The notes under the pieces: generated by a model
Told to the model about the DNA's origin: nothing
Seen by the model: only the letters and a program-made list of their open reading frames with translations
Databases searched by the model: none
Source of the DNA: Lytechinus variegatus
Lineage: Eukaryota
DNA: 64,000 nucleotides
NCBI RefSeq assembly: GCF_018143015.1
Contig: NC_054742.1
Coordinates: 16,054,441 to 16,118,440, forward strand
Direction of reading: 5' to 3'
Made by a program: the position numbers and the translations under genes
Shown here: in pieces, positions 12,351 through 25,261 of the stretch
How the letters are laid out: every line of letters starts with the position of its first letter
How positions within the stretch are numbered: the first letter of the stretch is position 1

Positions 12351-14600
12351 ACAACTGCTTTGCTTAACGTAGCAACATTTCAAGAATACAGTAATGCATT
12401 TTAATATAAAATAAACTGAGGTTATGATGGATAAGACACTGTATAGGCAGATAGGTCGGAGAGAAAGATAGACTTCACAAAAGAGAAATGAGAGAGGAAG
12501 GCAACAAATGACAGAGATTATCATAATCCTTTGATCTTTATCAAAATTAGAATATATGTTTGTTTGTCTTCGATAATTGATATAATTAATATGTCATAGA
12601 TTTTATTTATTTTTTTATTAAACTTATTTTTGTGACTTTCAACATTATTAAAGGCTACTAATTTCCTTGATAATGTAGGCATATACCCCATGAATGAAAA
12701 TGGTCACCAACCCCCCCCCCCCCCACGGTACCGAACTCAATTTGCTTAGCAGTGTCATTCTTTGTATTAGCATTTGGTGAAGCGATCAATATGTGTAGGT
12801 GTATTAGCAGGTGAAAATCATCCAACGTGTTCTGCAAAACCTAGTCATGCAGTACATGTTCATGCAGAGTCGGGAAGAAAAGGAAAGGTTTTGCAGTCAC
12901 ACAATCCTAATAAAATCACCAATATCATAACTCCATTCAGCAATATTACCTAGCCAATGACAAGTATTTTCAAAAGTATCATTTATGCCTATTTGCGATG
13001 TTTATTTCAAATCATGGCTAATCGAGAGAGGGCAATTTGTCTGACTGAAACAATAGTACATCATCCCACGACGGGAGACTTCACCGAAAGTAATTTTAAT
13101 TAGGTAATTGACAAATTGTTCCTCAAGAGTTATGATGCGGTGATATCCTTGCAGCAAATCATTCAGAGTAGGGGTATTAAAAAATAAAAAAAAACCTTTC
13201 GGCTAAAATTGCCGACCGTGAAACAGTTTTGTATCGGTGAATAAAGATCAAGCAATAGAGGGGGAACGTAAAGAGAACGAATAAGTAATAAAAATTGCTT
13301 AACAAATAAGAACTCAAAAGTCACACAATTATTGAATCCTAACTCGCCCGTCCGTCAAAATTTCTGCAATTCGCATTATGAATAAAAACCCCTGACAACA
13401 AGACAATTATCAGAACAATTGGTAATATCATTAATAGTATAAACTAGAAAAAAAATCCTAGTTTTATTGACAATTTATATTTTTGTATAAACATCTATCT
13501 TCATCTTGTTCACCACAACACTCGGTATGTGTGTGCGTGTAATTGAGTTTTTTTTTTACAGACGTGTATCAGTCAGCTGTGATTATTTACGTCTGGGTCC
13601 GACCTTTAGAGAAAAATCACCATCCGAAATACATGACCAGGGCTCGAACCTCTCCATCAATTTGTACCTTCCCCATGTATCGCGAATTACAGGTGCACGC
13701 CACAACGCCCCGTTTGTTTGAAATGATGATATACTTCTGATTGAGACTTGTGTTGTTTGGCTGATTTAAAAAGATGAAGTACTCGATTGTCATGTGCCAA
13801 AAATGAATAATACAATATCATCATGGTTTTAAGATTTCAATCTTGCAATTATTTTCAAAGTAGGATATAAAATCGCGACCCGGCCTACCCACTTGGTAAT
13901 GTTAAACAATATTTCTTCATTTCTTTTTATCATTATTCTCAAAGATCACCACCCTTCCTCCTTCCATTATCATCACCACCAATGCCAATACATCAATCTA
14001 TGTTCCCTCTGTAAATAACTTTTATTTAGATTCACGCTAGAAAATTGTATTCTTCAAATATTGAGAAAGTAGAAGTACTAATTTTAACCCCAAAAAGTAA
14101 GTTACATGAAACTTGTTTTGAACGGTTATGATTTTTTTGTTTAAATATGAATACTAAGACACTAGACGTGATTGACTTTTTTTTAAATGCATTTCATAGA
14201 AATATCGAGCAAACTTCCTTTCCCTCGAGGTATATTGACGTTTGTAGTAACGCGAACCTTTTGCCGGTATGTGTGACTCATGGCGTATTCCAAGAATGAA
14301 ACCTTCAATTACACTATGGAGGATGGCAAGTGCAAATTAAAATTCAAAGAAGTAAATATCAATAAAAAATGATATTTTCAGTCGGCATTAGCATTTGACA
14401 ATACCCACATTGGTTATTCATCTACATATAAGGAATCTTCTTCAAAAAGTCTTGTCCATAATATTGCCACTTTATCTTATGTCATTACGCAACATTTCGA
14501 AAAACATTGCAGTTACCATTGAGAAAGCTAAGATCGCAATAAAATATTTCCATCTATATATTAATAAAATAAATCATCCAGAAATCATATAAACAAGACA

Positions 14601-14602
14601 TT

Positions 14603-14637
<35 letters not shown>

Positions 14638-14676
14638 TTTATATATATAGAGAGAGAGAGAGATAAAATGTACCGA
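14601..14676. repeat. Compound microsatellite (TA)n(TG)n(TA)n(GA)n
   Basis: Directly visible in the sequence. Confidence 0.9.
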
Positions 14677-15299
14677 AAGCCGGTGATTAGAAGATATAGT
14701 ACAAAATTGAAATAAATGTATAAAATATCAATCAAATTAATATATACTGTCAATACAAATCGTAGAACATGAACGGCCTTTGGAATCCCCTAAAAAATCG
14801 AATTCGAAATTAATAATTTTGGTTTTTCACGTAGGTGATTGAGAAAGTGATTAATAAAAAATACCGCTTTAATGGTACAGTTTTCTTTTTTGACATTTAA
14901 TATGTATGTTTCAATTGTAACCAATTTCATACAAGATCCTTATAACATGGGTATCGATGTAGGATAAATTCACTTTGAAATATACCTGCATGAAGAATTT
15001 TGGTTACACAGTAACGTTAACTTTGTTCTAATGCGGGCACCGAAAATGAATATTTCAGATAATACAATTTCAAAAAACGTAAATCCTTTTAAAATAGTAG
15101 TGGTTGGACATTTCAAAAGGAAGTATAAATGTGTTCTTCATTGTGATGAAAAATAGTAGATTGGAAAAAATAAAAAGTGGAACGCCTCTGTCTCGCCTGC
15201 ATTACGCAACTTACGCAATTCGATATAGCAGCAGCATTATATTGCCTTTGAAAACAGTTAATAATAGTTATTCACAGACGAAAACACTAATATGATATT

Positions 15300-15680
15300 A
15301 AAATATGTCAATTGACCCGATATGACCTTTAACCATGATTATGTGACCTACAATGTAATACATGTGCAATCAATCATTCATACTTTATGCTTCATGAGCA
15401 AGATCCATGCCAATTCAACACATATTCCCAATATGGCAACGGTTCATTGACCTTTAAATGACGTTTGATCTTGGCCATGTGACCCGAAACTCAGGCAGAA
15501 TGTTCAGTAATACTTTATTACCCCTATGTCCAAGTTTCATGAACTACGTCCATATGGTTTGTAAGTTATGATGACATTTCAAAAACTTAACCTTGGTTAA
15601 GATTTCAATGTTGACGACGCCGCCGTCCCCGTCGGAAAAGCGGCGCCTATAGTCTCGCTCTGCTATGCAGGCGAGACAAA
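15300..15680. repeat. Units of the ~160-bp satellite family (GTTCATTGACCTTTAAATGACGTTTGATCTTGGCCATGTGACC...), ending in the conserved GACGACGCCGCCG...GCAGGCGAGACAAA terminus
   Basis: Homologous to the 60300-61040 array. The hAT-like element at 15681 is inserted exactly at its end. Confidence 0.7.
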
Positions 15681-17014
15681 CAGTGGCGTAGCTAGGATTT
15701 TTTTTTCTGGGGGGGGGGGCACTGGGGGGTCCTTGCTTTTTCAGGGGGGGGGCACCAGCCATTTTTTCCGGTGTGTGTGTGTATGTGTCATAAGGGCGGA
15801 TCCGACTTTCGCCAATAAGGGACGGGGCCCGAAATTACCTTCACCTATATTTTCCCCGATCAGTCATTTCTTAAGCTTTTAATCTTATAAAACAACATAA
15901 ACATGAAATAATCTCTTAAGCCTTATAAAAAGTGCGAGCGCAAAGCGCGAGCGATTTTTTTTTTTTTACATTCATGTATTTTGTCCTGAAAATTTGATAT
16001 TTTGGGCAATGTTATGTGTGATCCTGAAAAAGATTTCTATGTAACTAGATGGTTACTGCGAACGCCAAGCACGAGCAGAAATTTTTGTATCAATATTGTT
16101 TTAGCATTATCGAAAAGGGACCTGTTAAGGACTGCTGACAGTTACCCACGAAGACGGTTTATGTTTCAATAATACGAGTGCGAAGCGCGAGCAAATTTTT
16201 TTGACATTCCAACCTAAAAATGGTAATTCTAAGCACTTTTTGTATTAATAAATGTATGTAACTAAACAATTGATGCGAGCGCGAAGCGCGAGAGAAGAAA
16301 AATGAGATTTTAGACCTAAAACAGGACACTATTCATATTTTGTAAATCATAAATAGGATATAGTTAATTGGGTATCATTAATAATGCGATCGTGAACAGA
16401 CAATTATTGATATTCTGATGTGAAACTGGATAATTTAAGTACATTTTAAATAAAGAACATGCAGGCTATTGCTCATGTCTTAGATTTAGACCTACAATCT
16501 AGGCATTCTGAATACATTCGTTTAATGGAACATTATGGAATTCACGTAGTCAATATGAACTTGGCACATCAAATGATGTGACCACGCAGTTTGAGCTTAA
16601 AATGATGATATGTAGACCATAAAACGGACATTTTACAGAACACTTAAATTTGTAAATGAAAAAAAATAATGAAAGCTCGATGTCCGAGCTAAAATATGTT
16701 TTGTATATTGACTTCAAAACTTGCTCCATATCAGATATTAAGCAAGATAATGAATCTCATCAAACAGGCAATTCTGGCGCGAAGCACAAGCACAGAATAG
16801 TAACATGAAAGATTTTTTATTGCAAATCTTCCCCTCACATTATTTCATTCACTCTTCTTCCTCCTCTTCATTTTCTTCTGTATTTCTTTTTCTTTTCCCT
16901 CTTTCTTTTCCTCTTTCTCCTTTTTTTGCTCTGCCAATTTTTTTCTGGGGGGCACACCAAATCTCAGGGGGGGCACGTGCCCCCCCCCCCCCCCCCCCCG
17001 TAGCTACGCCGCTG
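15681..17014. mobile_element. hAT-like non-autonomous DNA transposon, 1334 bp, with a perfect 8-bp TSD GAGACAAA. Its termini are CAGTGGCGTAGCTAGG...CGTAGCTACGCCGCTG with subterminal G/C hairpins. It holds an internal GCGAGCGC(G/A)AAGCGCGAGC minisatellite at 15940-16800 and a polypurine stretch.
   Basis: The TSD sits at 15673-15680 and 17015-17022. A paralogous unfilled site, CAGGTGAGACAAAAAAAATT, lies at 61020-61040. The same family occurs at 58869-59956, 29472-29749 and 43137-43256. Confidence 0.8.
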
Positions 17015-18596
17015 GAGACAAATATGAAAAATGTTAATGAGATGATTATCATCTTCACCTTCGTCACAGTCCTCATAACAAGCTTGCATGTAACTTTATT
17101 AAAGTGGGCCGTTTTTCGTCTTTTCACCTTTTCTATGGTGAGGCATTTTAACATACTTTATGCAACCGTTTCAATAAGTCTTATAAGGCAGACCGACTCG
17201 TCGTCTCATTGTCAAATCTAACACCTAGTATCAGGGTTTTCTTCATGACGTCACAAAGCCAGTTGACACAGCTTGTTTTGTCGCCACTGTTCAAGATCTT
17301 GCACCCAATATCGTGGGTTTGGTGGACGAAACTTGAATGACTTAATGAGGGAATAGAGCAAAATCAAGAAATATATAGGAGAAAAGAAAAGGACAAAATA
17401 AACTGATAAAATATCAACGAGTCGTAAAATTATAAAAGTGCATTATGAGAACACATAAAGGAAAGAGAGAGCGACGGAAGACGGGGAGAGAGGGGGGGAG
17501 GATAAATGTAAAGTGCTTAGGGTATAGCTCCGTATTGAAATGTGAAGAAAGAAAATGAGAATTTACAAAAAAAATAATGTAGATCGTAAAGAAAGGAATG
17601 AATTGGGAGAAAAAAAATCAGATTTTATTGATTATTTTCTACCCTTTAAATCTGGTAGAATATATGCACCAGTGGATTTTGAAAAAAAATGGACATATTA
17701 TCATCATTACTAATAGTAGTATTTGTTATTTATCATCAGCATCATCATAACATGCACCATCATTATTATGTCCCATAGTATTAGCATTATTGCATGATAA
17801 ATACTTCCATTGAGCATGAATATAAAACTATATTCATACATACACAAACACACACACGCACACCCGATGGTGTATGTATGTATGTTAACTGTAGGTTTAA
17901 TTTCTGATCGTGAATGATTTCTTTTTGTATACTTTTACCTTATATCAAATAATGAATTGAAATCTGAAATATTGATATCAGCATCATTTAACATAGTTTA
18001 AAACTAAGGATTACAAATCTACAAAATATTCATTAAATACTATCGTATGGAAAAAAGGTAGTAACAAATGTATAGATGTTCTTGGATACAGACTATAGTT
18101 GTGATAAAATGTGTATGATAATTGTTGGAATCATCATAACATTGTTTTAAATATTTTCAGTTTCTCCGATAATGCTTTATAATTTCGATGACCTAGTATG
18201 CAATAGAAAAGATTGTAATAGAAAAGATTGTGATTTCACAAAATTATTCAAAAATGTTAATATTTAATTTAATTATGTAAATGCCATCTTGTACAGAGGA
18301 CATTTTACGAAACTACATAAGAATATGATCGCATTCTTAATTCTGCGGATTACTGGATGTTCTCATGACATTGTCATTGGTATCCTCTTTCTTCATCTGT
18401 AATATGTGCAGACATTCAGGTTTGGGGACCAATATTCAATGCCATGGATGGTGAACAGGTTCTTACTACATTTATATATATATATATATATTACTTTCTG
18501 AAGATCAAAAGAAACTAGTAAAAGTGGAATATTCCTTTATTTTGTTGATTATCTCGATCCTTGACGGTGAGCATATTTAATTTTTTCGTGTATATA

Positions 18597-18770
18597 CACT
18601 CTAAAAACGAAAAGCTAATTTAGCTCTCAAAGAGCGTCTATCGTGAATGCACAAGTTTCGGAGTGCTGATTTTTCTCGTGCAAATTCGAACTAGACAAAT
18701 TAGCACTCCGAAGTGCAGTCAATATATACGCTCTTTAAGAGCTAAATTAGTTCTTCGTTTTTTAAAAGTG
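18597..18770. mobile_element. Second copy of the Tc1/mariner-type MITE (TIR CACTCTAAAAA, TA TSD), 174 bp
   Basis: About 85% identical to 5051-5220 and flanked by TA at 18595-18596 and 18771-18772. Confidence 0.8.
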
Positions 18771-18774
18771 TATA

Positions 18775-18791
18775 TTCATATATATATGTAT

Positions 18792-18872
<81 letters not shown>
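18775..18872. repeat. (TA)n microsatellite of about 45 units
   Basis: Directly visible. ORFs 18663..18932 and 18762..18968 (YIYIYI...) are its translation artefacts. Confidence 0.9.
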
Positions 18873-18875
<3 letters not shown>

Positions 18876-19799
18876 AAATATATAGGTTTTGTATCTAGCA
18901 AACAATGTCAATTCATAAATATTGTGTTGTAACTGACATGGTTCCTTGCCCAAAACATATCGTCCCATTTACACGTATCTGTTATCTTTTGGGTAAATTA
19001 ACTTTCTTTATTGCTGTGGTGTTGCAGTGTGGAAGTAATTTCGGTTTGAAAACAAAGCTTTCTTGACACATTAATGAGTTGTACCTGATAAAAAGACATC
19101 AAATCATGTACCACATAGCCGATAAAACTCACTTCTTTACATTATGCAATACAATGTGTAAAACGTTATTCAATATCTTAATGGGAAAATACATATGGCA
19201 AGTGAGGGTATAAACATTTAGAAATTAAAAAAAAACCTGTCAATATCTTTTTATTTTTACTTGGAAATAAGATATATAACTCTTACAAAGTTTTAAATTA
19301 GATATAAACAAGATCCATCTCATTTACATTTGTTGAACATTATGAATATAAACGTGTACATTATATCAATACTGGTAATATTTTTACGAATAATGGCATG
19401 TCACATTCTGGATTGTAGATATTTATACATGAAATCATCAAGCTATGTTGCAGAATCTTAAAATAAACACGTACAATCGAATCGAGTGAAATTTTCAAAC
19501 TAAGGTTTTTTAGAGAGCAACGTGAGCTACCCACAAACAGAAAAAAAAATACACTCTGACACAACCCTTTCCTCGGGCTCACATATTCTCATGTAGTCAT
19601 GTACATAGTATAGTTGGGGAATTGGTTGATCATTTTCATTCCACGATTAATTTGATTGAATGAAGGGATCATATTCACATATAACGTTATATCTATAACG
19701 TCAAACTTTACCACTGTGTATCGAAAACGGCGAGAGGTAGTCGTTGTTTCCTTAAAATAATATATTTTTTTACAATGAAGATGATGCAAGTTTGCCGTT

Positions 19800-20107
19800 T
19801 TAACGAGTATTGATCATGCAATTCCTGATAGGGCGTATAACATCCTCGATGACATCGGGTGGAAATCGCTCCAGGATTGAAGACCAGGTGGATGATTCGC
19901 CAAAGGCCATAGTGTGTAACTGAATGACATCAATGGGTAAGCAATGCTTAAACCACTCTTGTATTTGAGCAGGAATAAAGAGAATTTCAGGGTCATCTTT
20001 CATCAGTATAGAAATCATGAATTCTACCCGTGATACCCATGTATCAAAAATAAACAGCACTAGAGCCGATGCTACAATCTTCTTGATTTCATCCATCGAT
20101 GACATCC
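19800..20107 (-). CDS. PARP4: PARP4-like terminal coding exon ending at stop TAA 19802..19800; C-terminal MVP-interaction-like region
   Basis: The acceptor is ttattacag|GG at 20108-20109. The translation is (W)MSSMDEIKKIVASALVLFIFDTW...LMKDDPEILFIPAQIQEWFKHC..., which matches my recalled human PARP4 C-terminus (ATMLVLQFIRT...MKMDDPSISRNIPWAFEAIKQASEW). The phase is continuous with the exon at 20655-20787. Confidence 0.7.
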
Positions 20108-20654
20108 CTGTAATAAGGAGATATGATTGTATACCATTCTATTTTACGCTCAAAACCAATACCAATATCGATTATCAGCTATATAGCAGAAGTTGATAAA
20201 TATAATACATTAGGCAAAGCAATGATAAAAAGGAAAATAAATTTGAAACATGAACAATCTGCATTTAAATCATCTTTAACTCAAGAAATACATTATCACG
20301 ACCGCTATCCATTATTGGTAAAGAATCCACATATCAACTCCGCACGTAATGATATTTGGCCATGGAGTATGTGTATTGCTAAGTATCTGGTTATGGTTTA
20401 TCCAGTACTACTGATCGTTGGTGTAACGGGATCAAAGTATAAATGACCGGTTATATCGGTAACCCTAATAACGAAACCAGTTTCAGAATCATATTACATT
20501 TCCATCCCTTGATTGTTAATGAAGTCATCTTACATTAAGTGCATCATCAATTTACTAGATGCAGAATGGTATCGCGTAAAAATCTACTGTAATCACGTAA
20601 ATGAGCAGAACATTCCCTTACGTGAAATTTTAAGTGATAAAAACAAATACTTAC

Positions 20655-20787
20655 ATTTGTCAACTAATCTTTCAACCAAGCAGAAGCTGTCTTTAGGGTT
20701 ATGAAGAGCTGCAGTAATAGCTCTGCAATCAACTCCGAATTCTGTCTCCAAATCGTTGAGGTTCCATGTCCACCAACCGTCATTATC
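20655..20787 (-). CDS. PARP4: PARP4-like exon (DNDGWWTWNLNDLETEFGVDCRAITAALHNPKDSFCLVERLVDK)
   Basis: Acceptor is atcaatatag|GAT, donor is AAAT|gtaagt. It begins in phase 0, matching the phase-0 end of the 22706 exon. It resembles human DGFWKLTPELGLILNLNTNGLHSFLKQKG. Confidence 0.65.
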
Positions 20788-20860
20788 CTATATTGATTAT
20801 GATAATTTGAAGTCATGAAACTAGGTGATGTACCATTGTCAAAGAGTTACCTCGCTAGTC

Positions 20861-21560
20861 AGGGGTGGATCCAGCTTTCGCCGAAAAAAGAGAATACCCA
20901 TATTTTCCCCGATCGGCAGCTCTAAGTTGATTTGTATTTTTTTTCTTTGGAGGGGTAATCACTTCTTAGCTTTATTCTCACAAAACATAAATGAATGAAT
21001 AATAATCTCATATAAGCCCTAATTGAATAGTAGAAGCGCGAAGCGCAATTTTTTTAAGGAAATGTTATCTTTTCATGTCCTGAAAATTGAACATATTGAG
21101 CAATGATTGTGAACAAGATGTGTTTGTAACTAAATAATTACTGCAAGCGCGAATCGCGAGCAGATATTTTTAATATACGATCTGGCTTGATGGAGAACAA
21201 AACTGTTTGCAGTTACCCATGAAAACGATGCATATTTCAACAATCAAATAATGCGAGCGTGAACCGCGAGCTCAAAATTGTTGATATTTTGACCTAAAAA
21301 CGGGACACGCTATTAATTTTTCGTAAATCCCGAAAAGGATGACTAATTGGGTATCTTCCTACATTAATAATGCGAGCGCGAAGCGCGAGAAGAAAATTTG
21401 TGATATTCTGAAATGAAACTGGATAATTAAAGCACCTTTTGAAAAAAAAAATGCGTATCTATTGTGTGCACGTGTTTTTGAGATTTAGACCTATAGGTCC
21501 GTATTCTGAAGTCGGGTTTAACTTAAATCTGACTTCAGAATACGGGCCATAGAATCTGGG
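20861..21560. mobile_element. Composite non-autonomous element fragment. The GGGGTGGATCCAGCTTTCGCCGAAAAAAG...TTTTCCCCGATC head is followed by the GCGAGCGCGAAGCGCGAG minisatellite (21040-21400) and a 48-bp hairpin at 21500-21547.
   Basis: The head is homologous to 15781-15850 and to the 51237 TIR. The hairpin reads CCGTATTCTGAAGTCGGGTTTAACTTAAATCTGACTTCAGAATACGG. Confidence 0.6.
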
Positions 21561-22705
21561 CATTCTTCATACATTTCTTTTATTATCTAATAATATGAGA
21601 GCTAGAAATCTGATATTAAGGCCTGGAAACCGGACATTGTAGGCATTTTTTAATGTTTTACGGCCTACATGCGCTTAAGATAATCGTCCTGATCAGAGCT
21701 AATCGGCCGCTGATAGAGTGCAGGAAACCCAATGTGCAGGACAATGTCTTGATGCGTAGTTGCGGTAGCGTGGTTTGCCTACAAGTGAACCAACGTAGAG
21801 TGCGGTGCCACTGCGAGTAGGCTATGTAGGTACTCTAGAGTAGGCCTGTGGGGATCGGACAAGTAGTTACGAGGCCGTAAATTAAACATGTGTATGCTTC
21901 CTTCACACTTTTCTTTCTGTTCTTAGCGTTTCTCTCATGTTAAACGACATTTTGGGGGTTGCCACAAAATGGGAGGCGACTCGCCCCCTCCCCCTGGGAT
22001 CAGAGCCTGCTATTTGCGCTCTCTCGACACAATCACCCTTCGTTGATTTTTCTGAAGATGGGAGGATTAGGGTTGTGATAGGAGTTTTTAGTTCAGAATC
22101 AAGTGAGGATAAGGATTAAGGTGAAAATTGAAGCCCTTGTCTATTTTTGGCTTAACGTGTACATTTTCATTAGGAGCAATTATCACAGGGCAAGTGTCCT
22201 GAAACTGTTAAGGGGGGACATCTTTCATCAAAATATAAAATTTATTATGGTTATATGTATGATGAAACAGAGTGGCCGTGCAAAAGAAAAATGTATATAA
22301 ATTGTTAAAAAGTATGAATGAATTGAATGAGCCAGGTACACCGAATCATTAGTATATGGATAACTTTACAAAATTAAGTTGCATTGTGATATGCCGGTGC
22401 ATTCCTTGTGACCTATTAGCTACCGAATTCCTATCTTTAGGCTGGTATATATCATTACCATTATATTTGGGAAGGTTCGATCGACCAATATTCGTGTATT
22501 ACAAAATAGTTCAGTATCAAAAATAAATATACTAAAACTTAACTGCACACGTCAGAAAGTAGATGTATTAAGCAGTTCACTTATGTGTTAAATGTTTCAA
22601 CAGGTAAAGGGAAGTATAAAAAAGGAAGAACATTTTGAGCAAATCGATGAATGACCAAAAGACGATCAATTGTTTATGTTTATAAGAGGTACATTTCAAA
22701 CTCAC

Positions 22706-24476
22706 CTCTTGTGATATCTTTAACAAACGCCTCATTGTTTCAATTCCTGGTTTATCTTGATCATTCACAATCTTATCAACTTTCTTCTCGTCTTTCACAC
22801 TCTCATCTTGCTTGTCTTTGGGAGAAGTCGCCAGATACGATTTGTAGGGAGCACAGACATCAGGCATCCGTCGTAGCTTCTCAACATGATCTTGAACGTC
22901 ATCATGTAACTTGGTCGATCGAACTTTCTCAGATCTCTGATCAAGTAATGAAGCACGGACCTCAATCTCTTCTAACTCCTCATCGCTGCTTCCAACATGT
23001 AGTCGTTCAATGGGTTCCGCTACAGCACTTGCTAGTGACATTTTCACTTCTTGGACTGCTTCCAACATCACTGGTGAAGGGGCTCGTCTTGCCTCCAACA
23101 ACAGCGATGACACAGGTCGCACCGCATCCAAAATCATGGGTGATTCGGCTCGTAGTTCCAGTTCTTCTGACTCAATTGGCTCTAATTGGACTGTCTTAAC
23201 AGGTTTTGCCATTTCATATGAAAGCTGGGCTGCATCACGCATCAATAACACTGGAGATTCAGCACGCTGTAACATCACGGGTGACGGCGCTCGTATTTCT
23301 TCCAACATCACGGGTGATTTGGCTCGTAGTTCCAGCTCTAGTTGGACTGACTCAACAGATTCTGCCACGGCTTTTGCGTATGAGAGCTGGACTGATTGAA
23401 CCTCACGCATCATGAGCACAGGAGATTCATCACGCTGTAACGTCACTGGTGATAGCTCTCGGATTGCCTCTGCCATCACTAGTGAAGGAGGTCGTCTTGC
23501 CTCCATCATCACTGGTGACAGCTCTCGTCTTGCCTCCGACATCACGCGTGACTCGGGTCGTAACTCCATCTCTACTCGCTCAATACGCTGTAATTGGACT
23601 CTCTCTTCATCTTCTGCCACTGCGTACGAAAGTTTGGCTGATTCACGCATCATGAGCACGGGAGATTCAGCACGCTGTAACATCACTGGTGATGGTTCTC
23701 GTCTTGCCTCCATCATCACTGGTGAAGGGGCTCGTCTTGCCTCCATCATCACTGGGGAAGGGACTCGTCTTGCCTCCATCATCACGGGTGAAGGAGCTCG
23801 TCTTGCCTCAGACATCACGTGTGACTCGGATCGAACGTCCATCTCTACTCGCTCAATACGCTGTAATTGGACTCTCTCTTCTGCCACTGCGTATGAAAGT
23901 TTGGCTGATTCACGCATCATGAGCACGGGAGATTCAGCACGCTGTAACATCACTGGTGATGGTTCTCGTCTTGCCTTCATCATCACTGGTGATGGCTCTC
24001 GTCTTGCCTCCAACATCACGGGTGACTCAGCTCGTAACTCCATTTCTAATGGCTCGATACATTCGACTATCTCAGCATGTTTTGCAATGTCAGATTCTTT
24101 ACTGACTGATTTAAGTTCATGCATGATGGGTAACTCTTGGACTGCCTGCTTTGGAGCTGCTCCCAATAATACTGGATGATAAACTTTTTTTTCCTCCACC
24201 GTCTCGTAAATATCACATGGAGCTTCGGGGTATGCTTCTTCCTCGAGAAATAATGGGATAGATTCCACTTCCTCCACGGCTATGACTTCTAAACCTTCAT
24301 CTATAGGAGGGGAACTCATGACAACAGTCTCTTCCTCAGGAACAATTGTTTCTTCTTCGAGAACCAGAGATTCAGATTCTAATTCATCACATGTGCCGAT
24401 AGAAGTTCCCATTTCCACCGCTTGCTTTTGGTCTTTCCACGTCTTAAAGTCTTCCTTGTTTAGTAGATTTTTGCAT
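22706..24476 (-). CDS. PARP4: PARP4-like giant exon (1771 bp, about 590 codons). It encodes an acidic N-terminal part followed by a Ser/Pro/Met-rich tandem-repeat region built from a 12-aa unit (EARRxPSPVMM and LQRAESPVLMMRE) with a higher-order repeat of about 95 aa.
   Basis: Acceptor is tgtttatgttgcag|A at 24476, donor is CAAGAG|gtgagt at 22706. The incoming phase 2 matches the AT| end of exon 25119-25261, and the outgoing phase 0 matches the next exon. The DNA carries 36-bp tandem repeats (23440-24030) and a ~285-bp higher-order repeat. It forms the bulk of ORF 22577..24565. Confidence 0.7.
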
Positions 24477-25118
24477 CTGCAACATAAACAATGAGCATGA
24501 AAATAGTTCATTGATGAAGAAAAGTAACACGGTATATCGATATATAGCAAGAAACGACACTGCACTTGCTCACCCTATTTCATAAATACAAAGTGATAAA
24601 ACTCAGATATTTTTTGAGCAATTTAGTTGAACAAAACAACATGGACAGTGCTTTTATCATTTGCATCATGTATTTACTTATCAATGGTCAAATCAAGTAG
24701 AAGGGACACTTTGTCGTTAATTTTCTCTGCTGTGTTTGGTCAAGAACAATTTTCCTGAAACTGCAAATTTGCTATTTATGAACCATTTAATGAAACAGAT
24801 TGTCCTACAATTTTAACAAAATGTTTGTAATCAGATGAAGACAACAGTGAAGTAAAAACGTTCACGTTCTCATCATTTTACATGATAAAGCATGTACAAT
24901 ACAAATCGTCATAAAGAAATGCATTTCAAGTCATATCAGCACCATGTCCTATTTATAGTAGATAACATAAGATTGCATGATGTAACATATCATTGCAATT
25001 TAAATCAATAAAGTGAGTGAGAAAATGCCTTAATTCAAAATGTTTCATCAGAGTATTTCGATATTTTTTTGACAAAAGAGATTAAAATCATCAGGAAATG
25101 TAGTGAAGTCACTCTTAC

Positions 25119-25261
25119 ATCTTTGCCATGTTAGTTAGTTTCCGGTCGAGATCAGTTTTGTGTAGTCCATCGCTCTCATGCATACAATCAAATAACACAT
25201 TGTGTGCCTCTTGTACTTCACCCTTTACTCGAAGATGAAATTGTGCCAAAGCAAGACACGC
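25119..25261 (-). CDS. PARP4: PARP4-like exon (ACLALAQFHLRVKGEVQEAHNVLFDCMHESDGLHKTDLDRKLTNMAK)
   Basis: Acceptor is taattttctag|G, donor is AAAGAT|gtaaga. Phase runs 0 in and 2 out, consistent with both neighbours. Confidence 0.6.

Noticed and set aside
16805-17221. 138-aa and 101-aa ORFs with poly-Pro, poly-Gly and Glu-rich low-complexity stretches
   Set aside because: They span the polypurine tract and the G/C hairpin terminus of the hAT-like element at 15681-17014.
17246-17253. Perfect CRE palindromes TGACGTCA at 17246, 53392 and 63843
   Set aside because: Three occurrences in 64 kb is close to chance expectation for an 8-bp palindrome in AT-rich DNA, and there are no adjacent promoter features.
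22651-24494. Several plus-strand ORFs (182, 129, 255, 77 aa and others) with SIRCNWTLS and ITGDGSRLAS repeats
   Set aside because: They are antisense to the repetitive PARP4 exon. Long antisense ORFs are expected opposite a stop-poor, periodically repeated coding exon, and they have no splice signals or homology.
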